This document shows, piece after piece, positions 25,609 to 35,856 of a DNA stretch of 41,194 bases. The translations under genes were made by a program, and so were the position numbers. Numbering within the stretch: position 1 is the first letter of the stretch; every line of letters begins with the position of its first letter. This DNA is from Thermodesulfobacteriota bacterium (GTDB lineage Bacteria > Desulfobacterota_D > UBA1144 > Nemesobacterales > UBA2774), in the NCBI GenBank assembly GCA_044451425.1, contig JBIOKC010000002.1:1-41194 (forward strand), given 5' to 3'. A model generated the notes under the pieces. It was not told the DNA's origin. It saw nothing but the letters and a program-made list of their open reading frames with translations, and ran no database searches.

Positions 25609-28311
25609 ATGTCAAATATAAGAGTTTACGAACTCTCAAAAGAATTAAATAAAACTAACAGCGAAATACTGAATTTGGCGAAAGGTCTTGGTATTTCTGT
25701 AAGAAGTCACGCGAGTTCCATTACCGAAGAAGAAGCGAAAAAGATTAAGGACAGAATTATATCTTCCGCTAATGGGGAGGGTTCTGCGCAAAAATCTGCC
25801 GCCGATGAGGAGGAGAAAGTCAGGGTCTTTCGCTCCGAGAGCGGAGAGGAAGTCGTAGAACGGAGACAGGGCGAGAGGGTCGTGCTCCGAAGGAAAAAGA
25901 AATTAGAAGAACCCTCGGAGCCGGAGCAGAAGGAAACCCCGCCCCAGACCATAGCTGAGAGCACCAAGGAGCTCATGAAGGAATCAGCCGATTACCCCTC
26001 TACGGAGTCTCCGGGTAGGGAAATCGGCCGCGACGAGTCGCTATCCTCCGCATCACTCGGGTCACGGCAGGAAATACCGGCGTCTGCGGAGGAAACATCA
26101 CTCGCGGCTGACTCTATGCCCGGGGAAATACGGGAGGAGGATGCCGGGCTGCATGAAGCCGGACTACTTGAATCTCCCGCGGCCGAAGAGGAGGCGGAAG
26201 AGGTAAGAGCCGATGAGGAAACGGAAGAAAAACCGAAAGAGAAGCTAGGGAAAGAGGATGCCGACGAAGCAGCAAAGAAAGCGAAAAAGAAGGGACGCAG
26301 GGTTAAACCCAAGCCCGAAGAGATTATAGACGAGGACACGCTTGAGGAATTACGAAAGGCGTTCAGGACGAAACTGCCGGGGAGAAAGAGGGAGTATCTG
26401 GTCGAGGACAGAAAATCTAAAGCCCGCCCATCCGTAAGCACCGCTCACAGGGAAAGGGTATTTGAGAAAACTGCTAGAGACTTATTCAGACCGAGAGAGC
26501 AAATGACCGAAGCCTACGATTCGGCGCGTGTAATTCCTTTCCCGGCTGTACCTGCAAGGAAAACCCTGAAAATAGGGGAATCCATCAATCTCGGCGAGCT
26601 TGCGAAAATGATGAGTCAAAAGGCTGGGGATTTGATTAAGAAGCTCATTACTATGGGAGTCAGGGCGACTCTGAATCAGGCGCTCGACCATGAGACAGCC
26701 GCCCTTGTCGCGGAGGAATTCGGGTTCGATGTCTCGGTTGACATATTTGAGGAAAAGGACCTTCTGCTGGAGATATATCCGGAGGAAGCCGACAGGGTTC
26801 TCACTCCGCGCCCGCCGGTCGTAACCGTCATGGGGCACGTCGATCACGGGAAGACGACGCTCTTGGACGCGATCAGGGAAACGAATGTGGTCGGGGGGGA
26901 AGCGGGTGGCATTACCCAGCATATCGGCGCTTACTCGGTCGATGTGGATGGCAGGAAAGTTTCCTTCGTGGATACCCCGGGTCATGAAGCATTCACCGCG
27001 ATGAGGGCGCGCGGCGCGAAAGTGACCGACGTCGTGATACTCGTTGTGGCGGCCGATGACGGTGTAATGCCGCAGACCGTAGAAGCAGTAAACCACGCGA
27101 AGGCTGCCGGGGTTCCCATAATCGTTGCGATAAACAAGATAGACAAGCCTGAGGCGAACTCGGAGAGGATAAAGAGACAGCTCTCCGAGATCGGCCTGCT
27201 TTCTGAGGAATGGGGCGGCGACACGCTTTTTGCCGAGGTCTCGGCAAAGCAAAAGAAGGGTATCAAGGAGCTCCTCGAGCTCGTGCTCCTTCAGGCCGAT
27301 ATACTCGAGCTCAAGGCCGACGCTTCCAAGAGAGCGAACGGGTTTGTAATAGAGGCCAGGCTCGATAAGGGCAGAGGGCCGGTAGCGACTGTTATCATTA
27401 AGGAAGGGACTCTTCAAATAGGCGATTATATGGTTTCGGGCACAACCTCGGGAAAGGTTAGGGCGCTCACCAATGATAAAGGCGTGAGGGTGAACGAAGC
27501 CGGGCCTTCGATGCCGGTCGAGATAATGGGTCTGTCCGGCGTTCCCGAAGCGGGAGACTGTATTTACGTCGTGAAGGACGAAAGAGCCGCGAGGGATGTG
27601 GTCGCTCACAGGGAAATGAAACAGAGGGAATCAGCGGCCGCCAAAGAAAGAAAACCGTCCCTCGAAAATCTCTTCGAATCTCTCGAGCAGAAAGAAGCGA
27701 AGGAGCTCGCACTTATAATCAAGGCGGACACACAGGGGTCTGTTGAGGCGGTTACGGAATCGATAAGCAAGCTCAGCACCGAAAAATGTCAGGTCAAAAT
27801 AGTTCATACTGGTGTCGGAGGCATAACGGAAACGGATGTCGTACTGGCGAGCGCATCCGATGCCATTATTCTCGGATTTAACGTCAGACCCGATGCCAAT
27901 GCCCTTGAGATAGCCGAAAGGGAAGGCGTCTCGCTCGAGCTTCATACGATAATTTACAAACTCATCGAGAGGGTAAGGGACGCCATGGAAGGTTTGCTCG
28001 AGCCGATCGTCAGGGAAAAGATAACCGGGCACGCCGAAATCAGAGAAACATTCACTATATCCAAGATCGGGACGATTGCGGGCTGCATGGTAAGCGACGG
28101 CAAGATATCCAGAGATAACGGTGTCAGGGTGGTCAGGGACGGGGTCGTGATTTTTGAGGGTAAGATCGCGTCTCTCAGGCGGTTTAAAGATGACGTAAGA
28201 GAGGTAAATTCGGGCTATGAGTGCGGAATCGGTATAGAGAGATTCAATGACATTAAAGTAGGTGATACTCTCGAATTCTTCACTCACGAGCATATTAAAC
28301 AAGAGCTTTAA
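25609..28311 (+). CDS. infB: Translation initiation factor IF-2
   Basis: 900 aa. Acidic low-complexity N-region, G-domain motifs GHVDHGKTTLLD, DTPGHEAF and NKID, and conserved C1/C2 domains. Confidence 0.98.
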   Translation: MSNIRVYELSKELNKTNSEILNLAKGLGISVRSHASSITEEEAKKIKDRIISSANGEGSAQKSAADEEEKVRVFRSESGEEVVERRQGERVVLRRKKKLEEPSEPEQKETPPQTIAESTKELMKESADYPSTESPGREIGRDESLSSASLGSRQEIPASAEETSLAADSMPGEIREEDAGLHEAGLLESPAAEEEAEEVRADEETEEKPKEKLGKEDADEAAKKAKKKGRRVKPKPEEIIDEDTLEELRKAFRTKLPGRKREYLVEDRKSKARPSVSTAHRERVFEKTARDLFRPREQMTEAYDSARVIPFPAVPARKTLKIGESINLGELAKMMSQKAGDLIKKLITMGVRATLNQALDHETAALVAEEFGFDVSVDIFEEKDLLLEIYPEEADRVLTPRPPVVTVMGHVDHGKTTLLDAIRETNVVGGEAGGITQHIGAYSVDVDGRKVSFVDTPGHEAFTAMRARGAKVTDVVILVVAADDGVMPQTVEAVNHAKAAGVPIIVAINKIDKPEANSERIKRQLSEIGLLSEEWGGDTLFAEVSAKQKKGIKELLELVLLQADILELKADASKRANGFVIEARLDKGRGPVATVIIKEGTLQIGDYMVSGTTSGKVRALTNDKGVRVNEAGPSMPVEIMGLSGVPEAGDCIYVVKDERAARDVVAHREMKQRESAAAKERKPSLENLFESLEQKEAKELALIIKADTQGSVEAVTESISKLSTEKCQVKIVHTGVGGITETDVVLASASDAIILGFNVRPDANALEIAEREGVSLELHTIIYKLIERVRDAMEGLLEPIVREKITGHAEIRETFTISKIGTIAGCMVSDGKISRDNGVRVVRDGVVIFEGKIASLRRFKDDVREVNSGYECGIGIERFNDIKVGDTLEFFTHEHIKQEL

Positions 28312-28322
28312 GTAATCGGTAG

Positions 28323-28613
28323 ATGGTTATAGGCATACTTCGTATTGATCTATACATGAACGGTAACAGATCCCTTAAAGCCAAGAGACAGACATTAAAA
28401 GGCCTTATTCATAGAGTTCAATCAAGATACAGAAACGTATCGATCTCCGAAGTCGGATCGAACGATCTGTGGCAGAAGGCCACTATAGGCATATCGTTTG
28501 TAGGCAACGATTCAAGGTTTGTAAATTCTGTTCTCGATCAGATAACCCTTTTCATAGAATCGTCCGGGATCGTCGATATTGGGAACAGGGAATTCGAGAT
28601 AATACATTTTTAG
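28323..28613 (+). CDS. DUF503 (YlxP-like) protein
   Basis: 96 aa. The pattern LRIDLYMNGNRSLKAKRQTLKGLIHRVQSRYNVS and its position between infB and rbfA are both typical. Confidence 0.85.
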   Translation: MVIGILRIDLYMNGNRSLKAKRQTLKGLIHRVQSRYRNVSISEVGSNDLWQKATIGISFVGNDSRFVNSVLDQITLFIESSGIVDIGNREFEIIHF

Positions 28614-28628
28614 GAGATTGATCCGGGG

Positions 28629-28976
28629 TTGGCGTTCAAGAGATCGCAGAGGATTTCTGATCAGGTAGTGAAAGAAGTGTCCGAGATGATAGTCAGGGGT
28701 GAAGTTAAGGACCCCCGCGTGAGCGGCGTCTTTATAACGGGAGTAAAAATAACGGAGAACCTGAGCATGGCGGAGATTTATTTCACCGTCCTGGGCGGAG
28801 AGAGCGAAAGGTCTCAAGCCCTCGAAGGGCTGGAGCACGCAAAAGGATTTATACGGAGCAAGCTCGCCAGGAGGCTCAGAATGAGGAAGGTCCCGGACGT
28901 AAAATTCAGCTTCGATTCCGCGCTTGCGAAGGGTTATAGGGTGGATGAGATATTAAGGGATATAACGGGTGAATAA
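28629..28976 (+). CDS. rbfA: Ribosome-binding factor A
   Basis: 115 aa with a TTG start. RSQRISDQVVKEVSEMI...DPRV..V.ITGVKITENLSMAEIYF pattern. Confidence 0.92.
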   Translation: MAFKRSQRISDQVVKEVSEMIVRGEVKDPRVSGVFITGVKITENLSMAEIYFTVLGGESERSQALEGLEHAKGFIRSKLARRLRMRKVPDVKFSFDSALAKGYRVDEILRDITGE

Positions 28977-29955
28977 CAAGCTCGACAGGATTCTAGAAAT
29001 AATAAAGGGGTCAAAGAGGATACTTATCTCTTCACACGAAAGCCCAGACGGGGATGCGGTCGGCTCAATGCTGGGTCTTGGCTTGGGCCTGGAGCAGTTG
29101 GGCAAAGAAGTGGTGTACTTTAACAAAGACGGGGTTCCCGAGATGCTCACGTTCCTTCCCCATTCGGACAGGATTAGGAGATCGTTAAAGGGCATAGAAG
29201 GGGATTTCGATATAGCGTTTGCTCTGGACTGCACCGGAACGAACAGGGCAGGAGTGGAATTCGAGAAGTTCCTTGAATCCGGAAGATGCCGGAATGTGGT
29301 AATAGTCGACCATCACCAGACCAACAACTCATCCGCAGATTTTCATCTCCTCGATCCCGCTTCTTCCTCAACCGGAATTATTATCTACTCGCTTCTCAAG
29401 ACTTTATCCGTCAATATCGATAGCTCTATTGCTGAAAATATATACACGACCATAGTAGGGGACACGGGCTCGTTCAGGTATTCGAATACGAACCCCGACA
29501 CGTTCAGGGTGGCGGCTGAGCTTGTGGAGCACGGAGCCGACCCGTCCGAAGTATCGCAAGCCCTTTTCGAAAGCGAGCCTTTGAGAAAATTAAAGCTTAT
29601 CGGTCTCGTGTTAAATACGCTTGAAGTCACGGACGATAATAGGATAGCCTCTGTTTATATCGATAGAAGCATGTTCGCGGAATCGGGGGCCTGCAGGGAG
29701 GATACGGAGGGTTTGGTGAATATCCCCCGCAGCCTGAAGGGTATAGAGGTTGCGGTTCTCTTGAGGGAGGAGAGCGGGAAGGACGGTCTGCACTGGAAGG
29801 CGAGCTTAAGGTCGAAAGGCGAGGTCAATGTGGCCGAGATCGCTGAGACCTACGGCGGCGGAGGTCATAGGAGAGCGGCCGGCTGTTCGATCTCCGGCAC
29901 CCTCAGCGAAGCCAAGGATAGAATCTACGGCTCCATCAGGGAGGTGCTCCTGTGA
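28969..29955 (+). CDS. nrnA: DHH/DHHA1 phosphoesterase (NrnA-like oligoribonuclease/pAp phosphatase)
   Basis: 328 aa. GTG start overlapping the rbfA stop. Motifs SHESPDGDAVGS, VIVDHHQTN, GDTGSFRYSNT and GGGHRRAAG. Confidence 0.88.
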   Translation: MNNKLDRILEIIKGSKRILISSHESPDGDAVGSMLGLGLGLEQLGKEVVYFNKDGVPEMLTFLPHSDRIRRSLKGIEGDFDIAFALDCTGTNRAGVEFEKFLESGRCRNVVIVDHHQTNNSSADFHLLDPASSSTGIIIYSLLKTLSVNIDSSIAENIYTTIVGDTGSFRYSNTNPDTFRVAAELVEHGADPSEVSQALFESEPLRKLKLIGLVLNTLEVTDDNRIASVYIDRSMFAESGACREDTEGLVNIPRSLKGIEVAVLLREESGKDGLHWKASLRSKGEVNVAEIAETYGGGGHRRAAGCSISGTLSEAKDRIYGSIREVLL

Positions 29956-30863
29956 ACGGAGTGCTCATCCTCGACAAGCCGAAAGGTATCACCTCTCAGG
30001 AGGCGGTAAATAAGGTCAACAGGATACTTAAAACCAGGCGGGCCGGACATACGGGCACGCTCGACCCCTTTGCCACCGGGGTTCTGCCCATATGCGTCAA
30101 CGATGCGACAAAGATAATTCCTTTCATGAATAACCACTTTAAAAAATATGAAGCCATGATGGGGCTCGGAATAAGAACGGATACCTTAGACTTGACGGGA
30201 AGAGCGGTTGAGGAAAAAGAGCCGGGTATTATTAATGGTGTCAAGCTATTAGATGCATTTTCCAAATTTAGAGGTACAATTAATCAAGTTCCGCCCATGT
30301 ATTCCGCCCTTAAGAAGGACGGTATCAGGCTATATGAGTACGCCAGGCGGGGAATAGAGGTGGAGAGACCGGTAAGAACTGTAATTATTAATAAACTGGA
30401 GATTCTGGATTACAGTCCCCCGTTCGTCAGATTTGTGGTAGAATGTTCGCGCGGCACATATATAAGGGTACTGGCTTCGGACATCGCCGACGAGCTTGGG
30501 TGCGGCGGGCATCTCACCGAGCTCAGGAGAATTGAAAGCGACGGTTTTAAAATAGATGATGCCGTGACTTTTGAGGATATCGAAAAAGGCGGCGTGGAAC
30601 TTACGCCTCTTGACGACGCTCTCTCCCACATGAGACGTATCAACGTCGACAGGGAGCTCGCCTCCGAGATCAGGGAAGGTAAGCAGATCAAAAAATTCAG
30701 CATGAACAAGCTGAATTCTGCAGACTTCAGGCCTGGTGAGAGGATCAAGTTATACGAGGATTCGACACTGGTATCGATTACGGAAGCTCTTGTCGATTCG
30801 GCTGAAATCGATAACGTTGACGGCGGGGCTATTATCTTAAAGCTGCTGCGGGTATTTAATTAA
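29952..30863 (+). CDS. truB: tRNA pseudouridine(55) synthase
   Basis: 303 aa with a GTGA overlap with nrnA. NGVLILDKPKGITS, catalytic HTGTLDPFATGVL, and a PUA-like C-terminus. Confidence 0.96.
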   Translation: MNGVLILDKPKGITSQEAVNKVNRILKTRRAGHTGTLDPFATGVLPICVNDATKIIPFMNNHFKKYEAMMGLGIRTDTLDLTGRAVEEKEPGIINGVKLLDAFSKFRGTINQVPPMYSALKKDGIRLYEYARRGIEVERPVRTVIINKLEILDYSPPFVRFVVECSRGTYIRVLASDIADELGCGGHLTELRRIESDGFKIDDAVTFEDIEKGGVELTPLDDALSHMRRINVDRELASEIREGKQIKKFSMNKLNSADFRPGERIKLYEDSTLVSITEALVDSAEIDNVDGGAIILKLLRVFN

Positions 30864-30904
30864 TTGTTCGAATACTAGAAACAGGAAATTAAGGAGGGCA
30901 TTAA

Positions 30905-31174
30905 ATGTCTCTAGAGAAAGAAGAAAAAACTCAAATAATGAGCGATTTTGCGCTTCATCAGAAGGATGTCGGCTCGTCTGAGGTCCAGGTAGCTATTCTT
31001 ACGCGCAGGATAAAGGACCTCTCGCTCCACACCGAAAAATCGCCGAAGGATCATCATTCGAGAAGGGGCCTCGTATCGCTCGTTGCGAAGAGAAGAAGGC
31101 TTCTAAACTATATCAGAAAAAACAAACCGGAAACCTATCCGGATCTGATTCAGAAACTCGGACTTAGAAAGTAG
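30905..31174 (+). CDS. rpsO: 30S ribosomal protein S15
   Basis: 89 aa with an AAGGAGG RBS. GSSEVQVAILTRRI...KDHHSRRGLVSLVAKRRRLLNY. Confidence 0.98.
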   Translation: MSLEKEEKTQIMSDFALHQKDVGSSEVQVAILTRRIKDLSLHTEKSPKDHHSRRGLVSLVAKRRRLLNYIRKNKPETYPDLIQKLGLRK

Positions 31175-31194
31175 GGTTCAAAGGAGGACTAGTT

Positions 31195-33312
31195 TTGACT
31201 ATACAACCAAAGAAGGTTGAAGCTCAAATTTTTGGCAAACGTTATGGGTTCGATACCGGATCACTTGCTAGACAAGCAAACGGTGCCGTTTTCGCCCGCT
31301 ATGAAGACACGGCCGTTTTGGCTACAGTCGTAGCTTTGGATGAAAAATCGGAAGGGGAGGATTTCCTTCCGTTAACTATCAATTACCAGGAGAAATCGTC
31401 CGCGGCCGGAAAGATACCCGGCGGATATTTCAAACGAGAGGGAAGGCCGAACGAAAAAGAAGTCCTGACTTCACGACTCATAGACAGGCCGATAAGACCG
31501 CTCATCCCGAGTGATTTCACGTATCAGACGCAGATTATCATTACTGTTTTCTCCGCTGATGCGGATCACGACCCCGACGTGCTATCGATGACCGCTGCTT
31601 CCGCGGCGCTTATGGTGTCGGACGTTCCTTTCGGCGGTCCCCTTGCCGCTGTCAGAGTCGGCAGGGTGGGGGGCGAGTTCATTTGTAACCCTACTAAGAA
31701 GGAGCTCGAGGAGAGCGACATGAACATCGTCGTTGCGGGCACGAAAGATGCCATAGTTATGGTCGAAGGCGGGGCTAACGAAGTTCCCGAGCGGGAAATA
31801 GTCAGCGCACTGATGTTCGCCCATAAATGCGTTCAGGAGTTTATCAGGCTCCAGGAAGATTTAGTATCGGGTCTGGAAATTCAGAAACGAGAATTAGAGC
31901 CTACGTCCGAGGATTACTCGATCGAGGAACAGGTTCTGGCTTTTGCCGGACAGAAATTGAGAGAAATTTTGGTATCCGCATCCAAGGCGGATAGAAAACA
32001 TCGGATTAAGACAGTACATGCGGAGACGGAGGAGCATATAAAATCCCTTCATCCCGACGCTGAGGTCAGTGTCTCCAAGCCGTTCGAAAAGATATTAAAG
32101 GATTTGGTTAGAGAGCTGATAGTCAAGGACAAGAAGAGGCTCGACGGGAGAGGATACTCCGATGTAAGGCGCATATACGGCGAAGTCGGATTCCTGCCCC
32201 GGGCTCACGGCTCGGCTCTCTTTACCCGGGGAGAAACTCAGGCAGCGGTTACGGCGACCCTGGGTACGACTTACGATGAGCAGAGGATTGACTCCCTCGA
32301 AGGCGATATAACCAAGAGGTTCATGCTCCATTACAATTTTCCTCCCTACAGCGTGGGCGAGGTAAGTTTCAGGTTGGGGCCCGGACGGAGGGAGATCGGC
32401 CACGGCGCGCTTGCGGAAAGATCGATAATCCCTGTGCTTCCGAAAAAGGAGACATTCCCCTATACGATACGGGTAGTATCCGACATTCTTGAATCAAACG
32501 GCTCTTCTTCCATGGCCACGGTATGCGGGGCTGCGCTTTCATTGATGGACGCCGGTGTTCCGATATCCGCTCCCGTAGGTGGCATAGCCATGGGGCTCAT
32601 CAAGGAACAGGACGATTTCGTCATACTGACCGATATTCTCGGGGACGAAGACCATCTGGGGGATATGGATTTTAAGGTCGCCGGCACGAAAACCGGTGTG
32701 ACCGCGCTCCAGATGGATATAAAAGTCACCGGGGTCACGGAAGAGATACTCTCGATGGCTCTTGAGCACGCGAAGAACGCGCGAATGATCGTGCTTGAGA
32801 AAATGAGCGAGATTCTCAACGAACCCAGGGAGGACATATCGACATACGCGCCCAGAATAATCACGATGCAGATAAGCCAGGACAAGATTAAGGATGTTAT
32901 AGGTTCCGGTGGAAAGACCATTAAGAAAATAGTAGAGGTAACAGGCGTGCAGATAGATATCGACGATTCGGGCACCGTAAATATAGCTTCGCCGGACAGG
33001 GAAGCCTGCGACAGGGCGCTAAAGATTATTCAGGGCATTGTCGAGGAGATCGAAGTCGGCAAGATATACCGCGGGACCGTAAAAAGAATCCTCGATTTCG
33101 GCGCTATCGTCGAGCTGGGCACGGGAAAGGACGGTCTTGTTCATATTTCGGAGCTCGCCCCAACGAGGGTCAATAAAGTCACAGATATACTCCAAGAAAA
33201 AGACGAAGTCCTTGTTAAATGCATCGGTAAGGAGCACGACGGGAAGATCAGGCTGAGCAGGAAACAGGCTCTGAGTGAGAATATAGAGAATTACACGAAC
33301 AATACGTTATAA
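31195..33312 (+). CDS. pnp: Polyribonucleotide nucleotidyltransferase (PNPase)
   Basis: 705 aa. TTG start after an AAGGAGG RBS. Two RNase PH domains, a KH domain (GSGGKTIKKI) and an S1 domain (GKIYRGTVKRILDFGAIVEL). Confidence 0.98.
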   Translation: MTIQPKKVEAQIFGKRYGFDTGSLARQANGAVFARYEDTAVLATVVALDEKSEGEDFLPLTINYQEKSSAAGKIPGGYFKREGRPNEKEVLTSRLIDRPIRPLIPSDFTYQTQIIITVFSADADHDPDVLSMTAASAALMVSDVPFGGPLAAVRVGRVGGEFICNPTKKELEESDMNIVVAGTKDAIVMVEGGANEVPEREIVSALMFAHKCVQEFIRLQEDLVSGLEIQKRELEPTSEDYSIEEQVLAFAGQKLREILVSASKADRKHRIKTVHAETEEHIKSLHPDAEVSVSKPFEKILKDLVRELIVKDKKRLDGRGYSDVRRIYGEVGFLPRAHGSALFTRGETQAAVTATLGTTYDEQRIDSLEGDITKRFMLHYNFPPYSVGEVSFRLGPGRREIGHGALAERSIIPVLPKKETFPYTIRVVSDILESNGSSSMATVCGAALSLMDAGVPISAPVGGIAMGLIKEQDDFVILTDILGDEDHLGDMDFKVAGTKTGVTALQMDIKVTGVTEEILSMALEHAKNARMIVLEKMSEILNEPREDISTYAPRIITMQISQDKIKDVIGSGGKTIKKIVEVTGVQIDIDDSGTVNIASPDREACDRALKIIQGIVEEIEVGKIYRGTVKRILDFGAIVELGTGKDGLVHISELAPTRVNKVTDILQEKDEVLVKCIGKEHDGKIRLSRKQALSENIENYTNNTL

Positions 33313-33396
33313 GAGGATCCGCTCCGGGGCTCTTTTCTCGCTGCCGGATCGGCTCGTTTCTTACCTCGTACCTGATATATCTTTTAGGCGCCTAAT

Positions 33397-34326
33397 GTGA
33401 AAGGGGACAAACCCAAGCTTTTTGTCATTCTGGGGCCTACTGCTTCAGGTAAAAGCAAGCTTGCCATGGAAATAGCCGGGAGTCTCCGCTCCGAGATTGT
33501 GAGCGCGGACTCCCTTCACGTATACAGGCATTTCGATATCGGGACAGCCAAGCCGACGGTAGAGGACCTGGAGTCTATACCCCACCACCTTTTAGATATC
33601 GTTAATCCGGAAGACGAATTTAACGCGGGAACTTTCAGGGAGCTCGCCCGCCGGGTAATAGATGATCTCCACCGCTCGGGGAAGAAAATAATACTCGTGG
33701 GCGGGACATACCTTTATATCAAGGTCCTGCTTTCGGGTCTTATCGAAGACCTTCCCGCCGACAGCGAAATCAGAAGCGGCCTTAAAGAGCTGAGGGCCGA
33801 GTACGGGACGGAATATGTCTATGAAAAGCTCAAATCCATCGACCCCGAGGCAACCGCGAAAATTCATCCCAATGATTATGTGAGGGCTGAAAGGGCACTC
33901 GAGGTCTTCCGTCTCACAGGAGAAAAGATGTCATATCTCCAATCGCTCCACGAATTCGGCGACAGGGACTATGAATATCTCAAGATAGGAATCTCCGTTG
34001 ACCGTGAGGAGCTGAGACTAAGAATCGACAGGAGGGTGGACAAGATGATTGAAGACAGGCTAGTCGGGGAGGTCGAGAATCTGAGACGTATGGGCTACGG
34101 ACCCGGATTAAAACCGATGCAGTCTATAGGTTATAAAGAGATAAACGGATACCTCGACGGAGAGATCGGATTTGAGAAAGCAGTCGAGCTTATAAAGCGC
34201 GACACCAAACGTTTTGCGAAGCGTCAGATGACGTGGCTCAGAAGAGACAAAGAGATAACTTGGTTCGACCTTCCTAGAGATTATGTTAAGGTCCTCGACA
34301 CAGCCCGGGATTTTTTTAGGGAGTAA
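33397..34326 (+). CDS. miaA: tRNA dimethylallyltransferase
   Basis: 309 aa with a GTG start. P-loop GPTASGKS, DIGTAKP, and RFAKRQMTWLR at the C-terminus. Confidence 0.95.
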   Translation: MKGDKPKLFVILGPTASGKSKLAMEIAGSLRSEIVSADSLHVYRHFDIGTAKPTVEDLESIPHHLLDIVNPEDEFNAGTFRELARRVIDDLHRSGKKIILVGGTYLYIKVLLSGLIEDLPADSEIRSGLKELRAEYGTEYVYEKLKSIDPEATAKIHPNDYVRAERALEVFRLTGEKMSYLQSLHEFGDRDYEYLKIGISVDREELRLRIDRRVDKMIEDRLVGEVENLRRMGYGPGLKPMQSIGYKEINGYLDGEIGFEKAVELIKRDTKRFAKRQMTWLRRDKEITWFDLPRDYVKVLDTARDFFRE

Positions 34327-34336
34327 TTATCTGATG

Positions 34337-34527
34337 CCCTTCAATTTTCCCGCTCCCCTTCGCGTAGCGGTTCCGAGCGTGCGCGAGATCCGGTTGTAAT
34401 CCCCACTCTATGCAGACGGAGTATCTAAGCTTCCGGCTCGATGATGATTAAGCCAAATCAGGGTCAGGGTGAGGGGGGGGTACTTTGATATCGTCGTCAT
34501 TCCCGCATGCCCTAATCAGGAATCCAC
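34337..34527. repeat. Short dispersed intergenic palindromic elements, copy set 3
   Basis: CCTTCAATTTTCCCGCTCCCC..., a G-rich partner GGGTCAGGGTGAGGGGGGGG, and GTCATTCCCGCATGCCCTAATCAGGAATCC. Related cores occur at 4059-4225 and 12814-12948. Confidence 0.55.
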
Positions 34528-34633
34528 GTTCTTTGTGTATAGGGTTTTATGATATGAACTATAAAAGTATTTAAGGAATCTCTCCAAATAAGAGCTTAAA
34601 TTGCCATTACGTATGTCATGGTTTTATATCGGC

Positions 34634-35128
34634 TCACGACTCGTGTCTTTTTAACTCTTCGTCGACTCTCTTCATGTAATCGTCCGTTTCGGTCGTCGAT
34701 TGGGCTACGTTCTGTTTGATTTCCTTCCTTCCCGTCCCCAGTTTGTAGAGGAATATGCCTATGCCCGTTCCGCCGAATACTATTGCGAGTCCGGGAAGCA
34801 GCCAGAGGAGCCAGTTCACGCCCTTGGGCGGCGGTGAAGCGAGTATCGTTTCCCCGTACCTGTTTACGAAGTAAGCGAGTATTTCGTCCTTCGATTTTCC
34901 CTCTTCGAGCTGCTTTCTTATTATGTCCCTCATGTCGTGCGCGAGGTTGGAATTTGATTCGGCGACACTCTGACCCTGGCAGATCGGACACATCAGCAAG
35001 TGAGATATCTCGTTGACGCGGTCATCAAGGTTCTCTCCTCCGGAAAGTGCGGGCAGTAACAGTATAATCAATACGGCCGACACCAGGAGAACGGACAACT
35101 TCCTGTTAATATTTATGATCATAATCAC
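34634..35128 (-). CDS. ccmH: Cytochrome c-type biogenesis protein CcmH (NrfF-like)
   Basis: 164 aa. Signal/anchor sequence, LMCPICQGQSVAESNSNLAHDMRDII...EGKSKDEILAYFVNRYGETIL, and a C-terminal TM segment. Confidence 0.9.
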   Translation of the reverse strand: MIMIININRKLSVLLVSAVLIILLLPALSGGENLDDRVNEISHLLMCPICQGQSVAESNSNLAHDMRDIIRKQLEEGKSKDEILAYFVNRYGETILASPPPKGVNWLLWLLPGLAIVFGGTGIGIFLYKLGTGRKEIKQNVAQSTTETDDYMKRVDEELKRHES

Positions 35129-35143
35129 CTTGCTCTGCGGAGC

Positions 35144-35704
35144 TTATTTGATAGACGACTTCTCGGTTCCGCGGATCATAGCCTGCTGGATATAATAGTC
35201 GATCGCATCTTCGGTCAGAGCGCCGTTATACTTATCGGTTATTATACCCGTCGGGCTTATGAAGAATGTTTCCGGTACGCCCCCTATACCGTAATCGACC
35301 TGTATCTCTTCCTTGGGATCGGTACCCTGGGGGTACCCTCCTCCTCCGAATGTCTCTATATAGGAGGCTGCGCTTGAGTTCTCGTCCCAGATATTAACAC
35401 CTATAAAAACTACATTTTTATCCTTGTATTTCTGCCACGATTCTTCCAGCGCCTGAGCTTCTTCCCTGCAGGGCATACACCACGAAGCCCAGAAGTTTAA
35501 TAACACCGTTTTCCCTCTGAGCTCTGATGAGCTTATTTTTTTCCCGTCCATTAGATTGAGCGAAAAATCGGGTGCACGGTTGCCCACGAGCGGGGAAACT
35601 TTTTCCGTTTCCTTGTGCCCGAATAAGGCATAGCCGAACAGTGCCAATATCAACAATATTACTACCAGTACAGCGAGCTTAGTGCCCGTATTTAGTATGC
35701 TCAT
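35144..35704 (-). CDS. ccmG: Thiol:disulfide interchange protein CcmG/DsbE (TlpA-family thioredoxin)
   Basis: 186 aa. N-terminal anchor, WASWCMPCREE active site, GIGGVPETFFISPTGII. Confidence 0.88.
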   Translation of the reverse strand: MSILNTGTKLAVLVVILLILALFGYALFGHKETEKVSPLVGNRAPDFSLNLMDGKKISSSELRGKTVLLNFWASWCMPCREEAQALEESWQKYKDKNVVFIGVNIWDENSSAASYIETFGGGGYPQGTDPKEEIQVDYGIGGVPETFFISPTGIITDKYNGALTEDAIDYYIQQAMIRGTEKSSIK

Positions 35705-35856
35705 GATCCCGTTTTTGCTGTTTATACGATAAACTGATATTATAGCCTATTGGTAGGATCTTTCATCTTCTAATAACTATGATGGCTATATTTATTATTT
35801 AATCGTTTTATCAATAGTTGTGATATAATAATATCTCCGGGTCTGCTAGTGCTAAA

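Noticed and set aside
26482-27609. A 375-aa antisense ORF inside infB. Similar long shadow ORFs occur at 27631..28302, 13479..14174, 14850..15554, 7480..8052 and 34596..34991.
   Set aside because: They lie opposite strongly supported genes, and their low-complexity Arg/Ser/Pro-rich translations carry no recognisable motifs or RBS. This is typical antisense-frame openness.
34392-34405. tRNA-like T-loop sequence GGTTGTAATCCCC downstream of miaA.
   Set aside because: The flanking bases do not form a T-stem, acceptor stem or D-arm. The sequence lies inside the dispersed repeat region.
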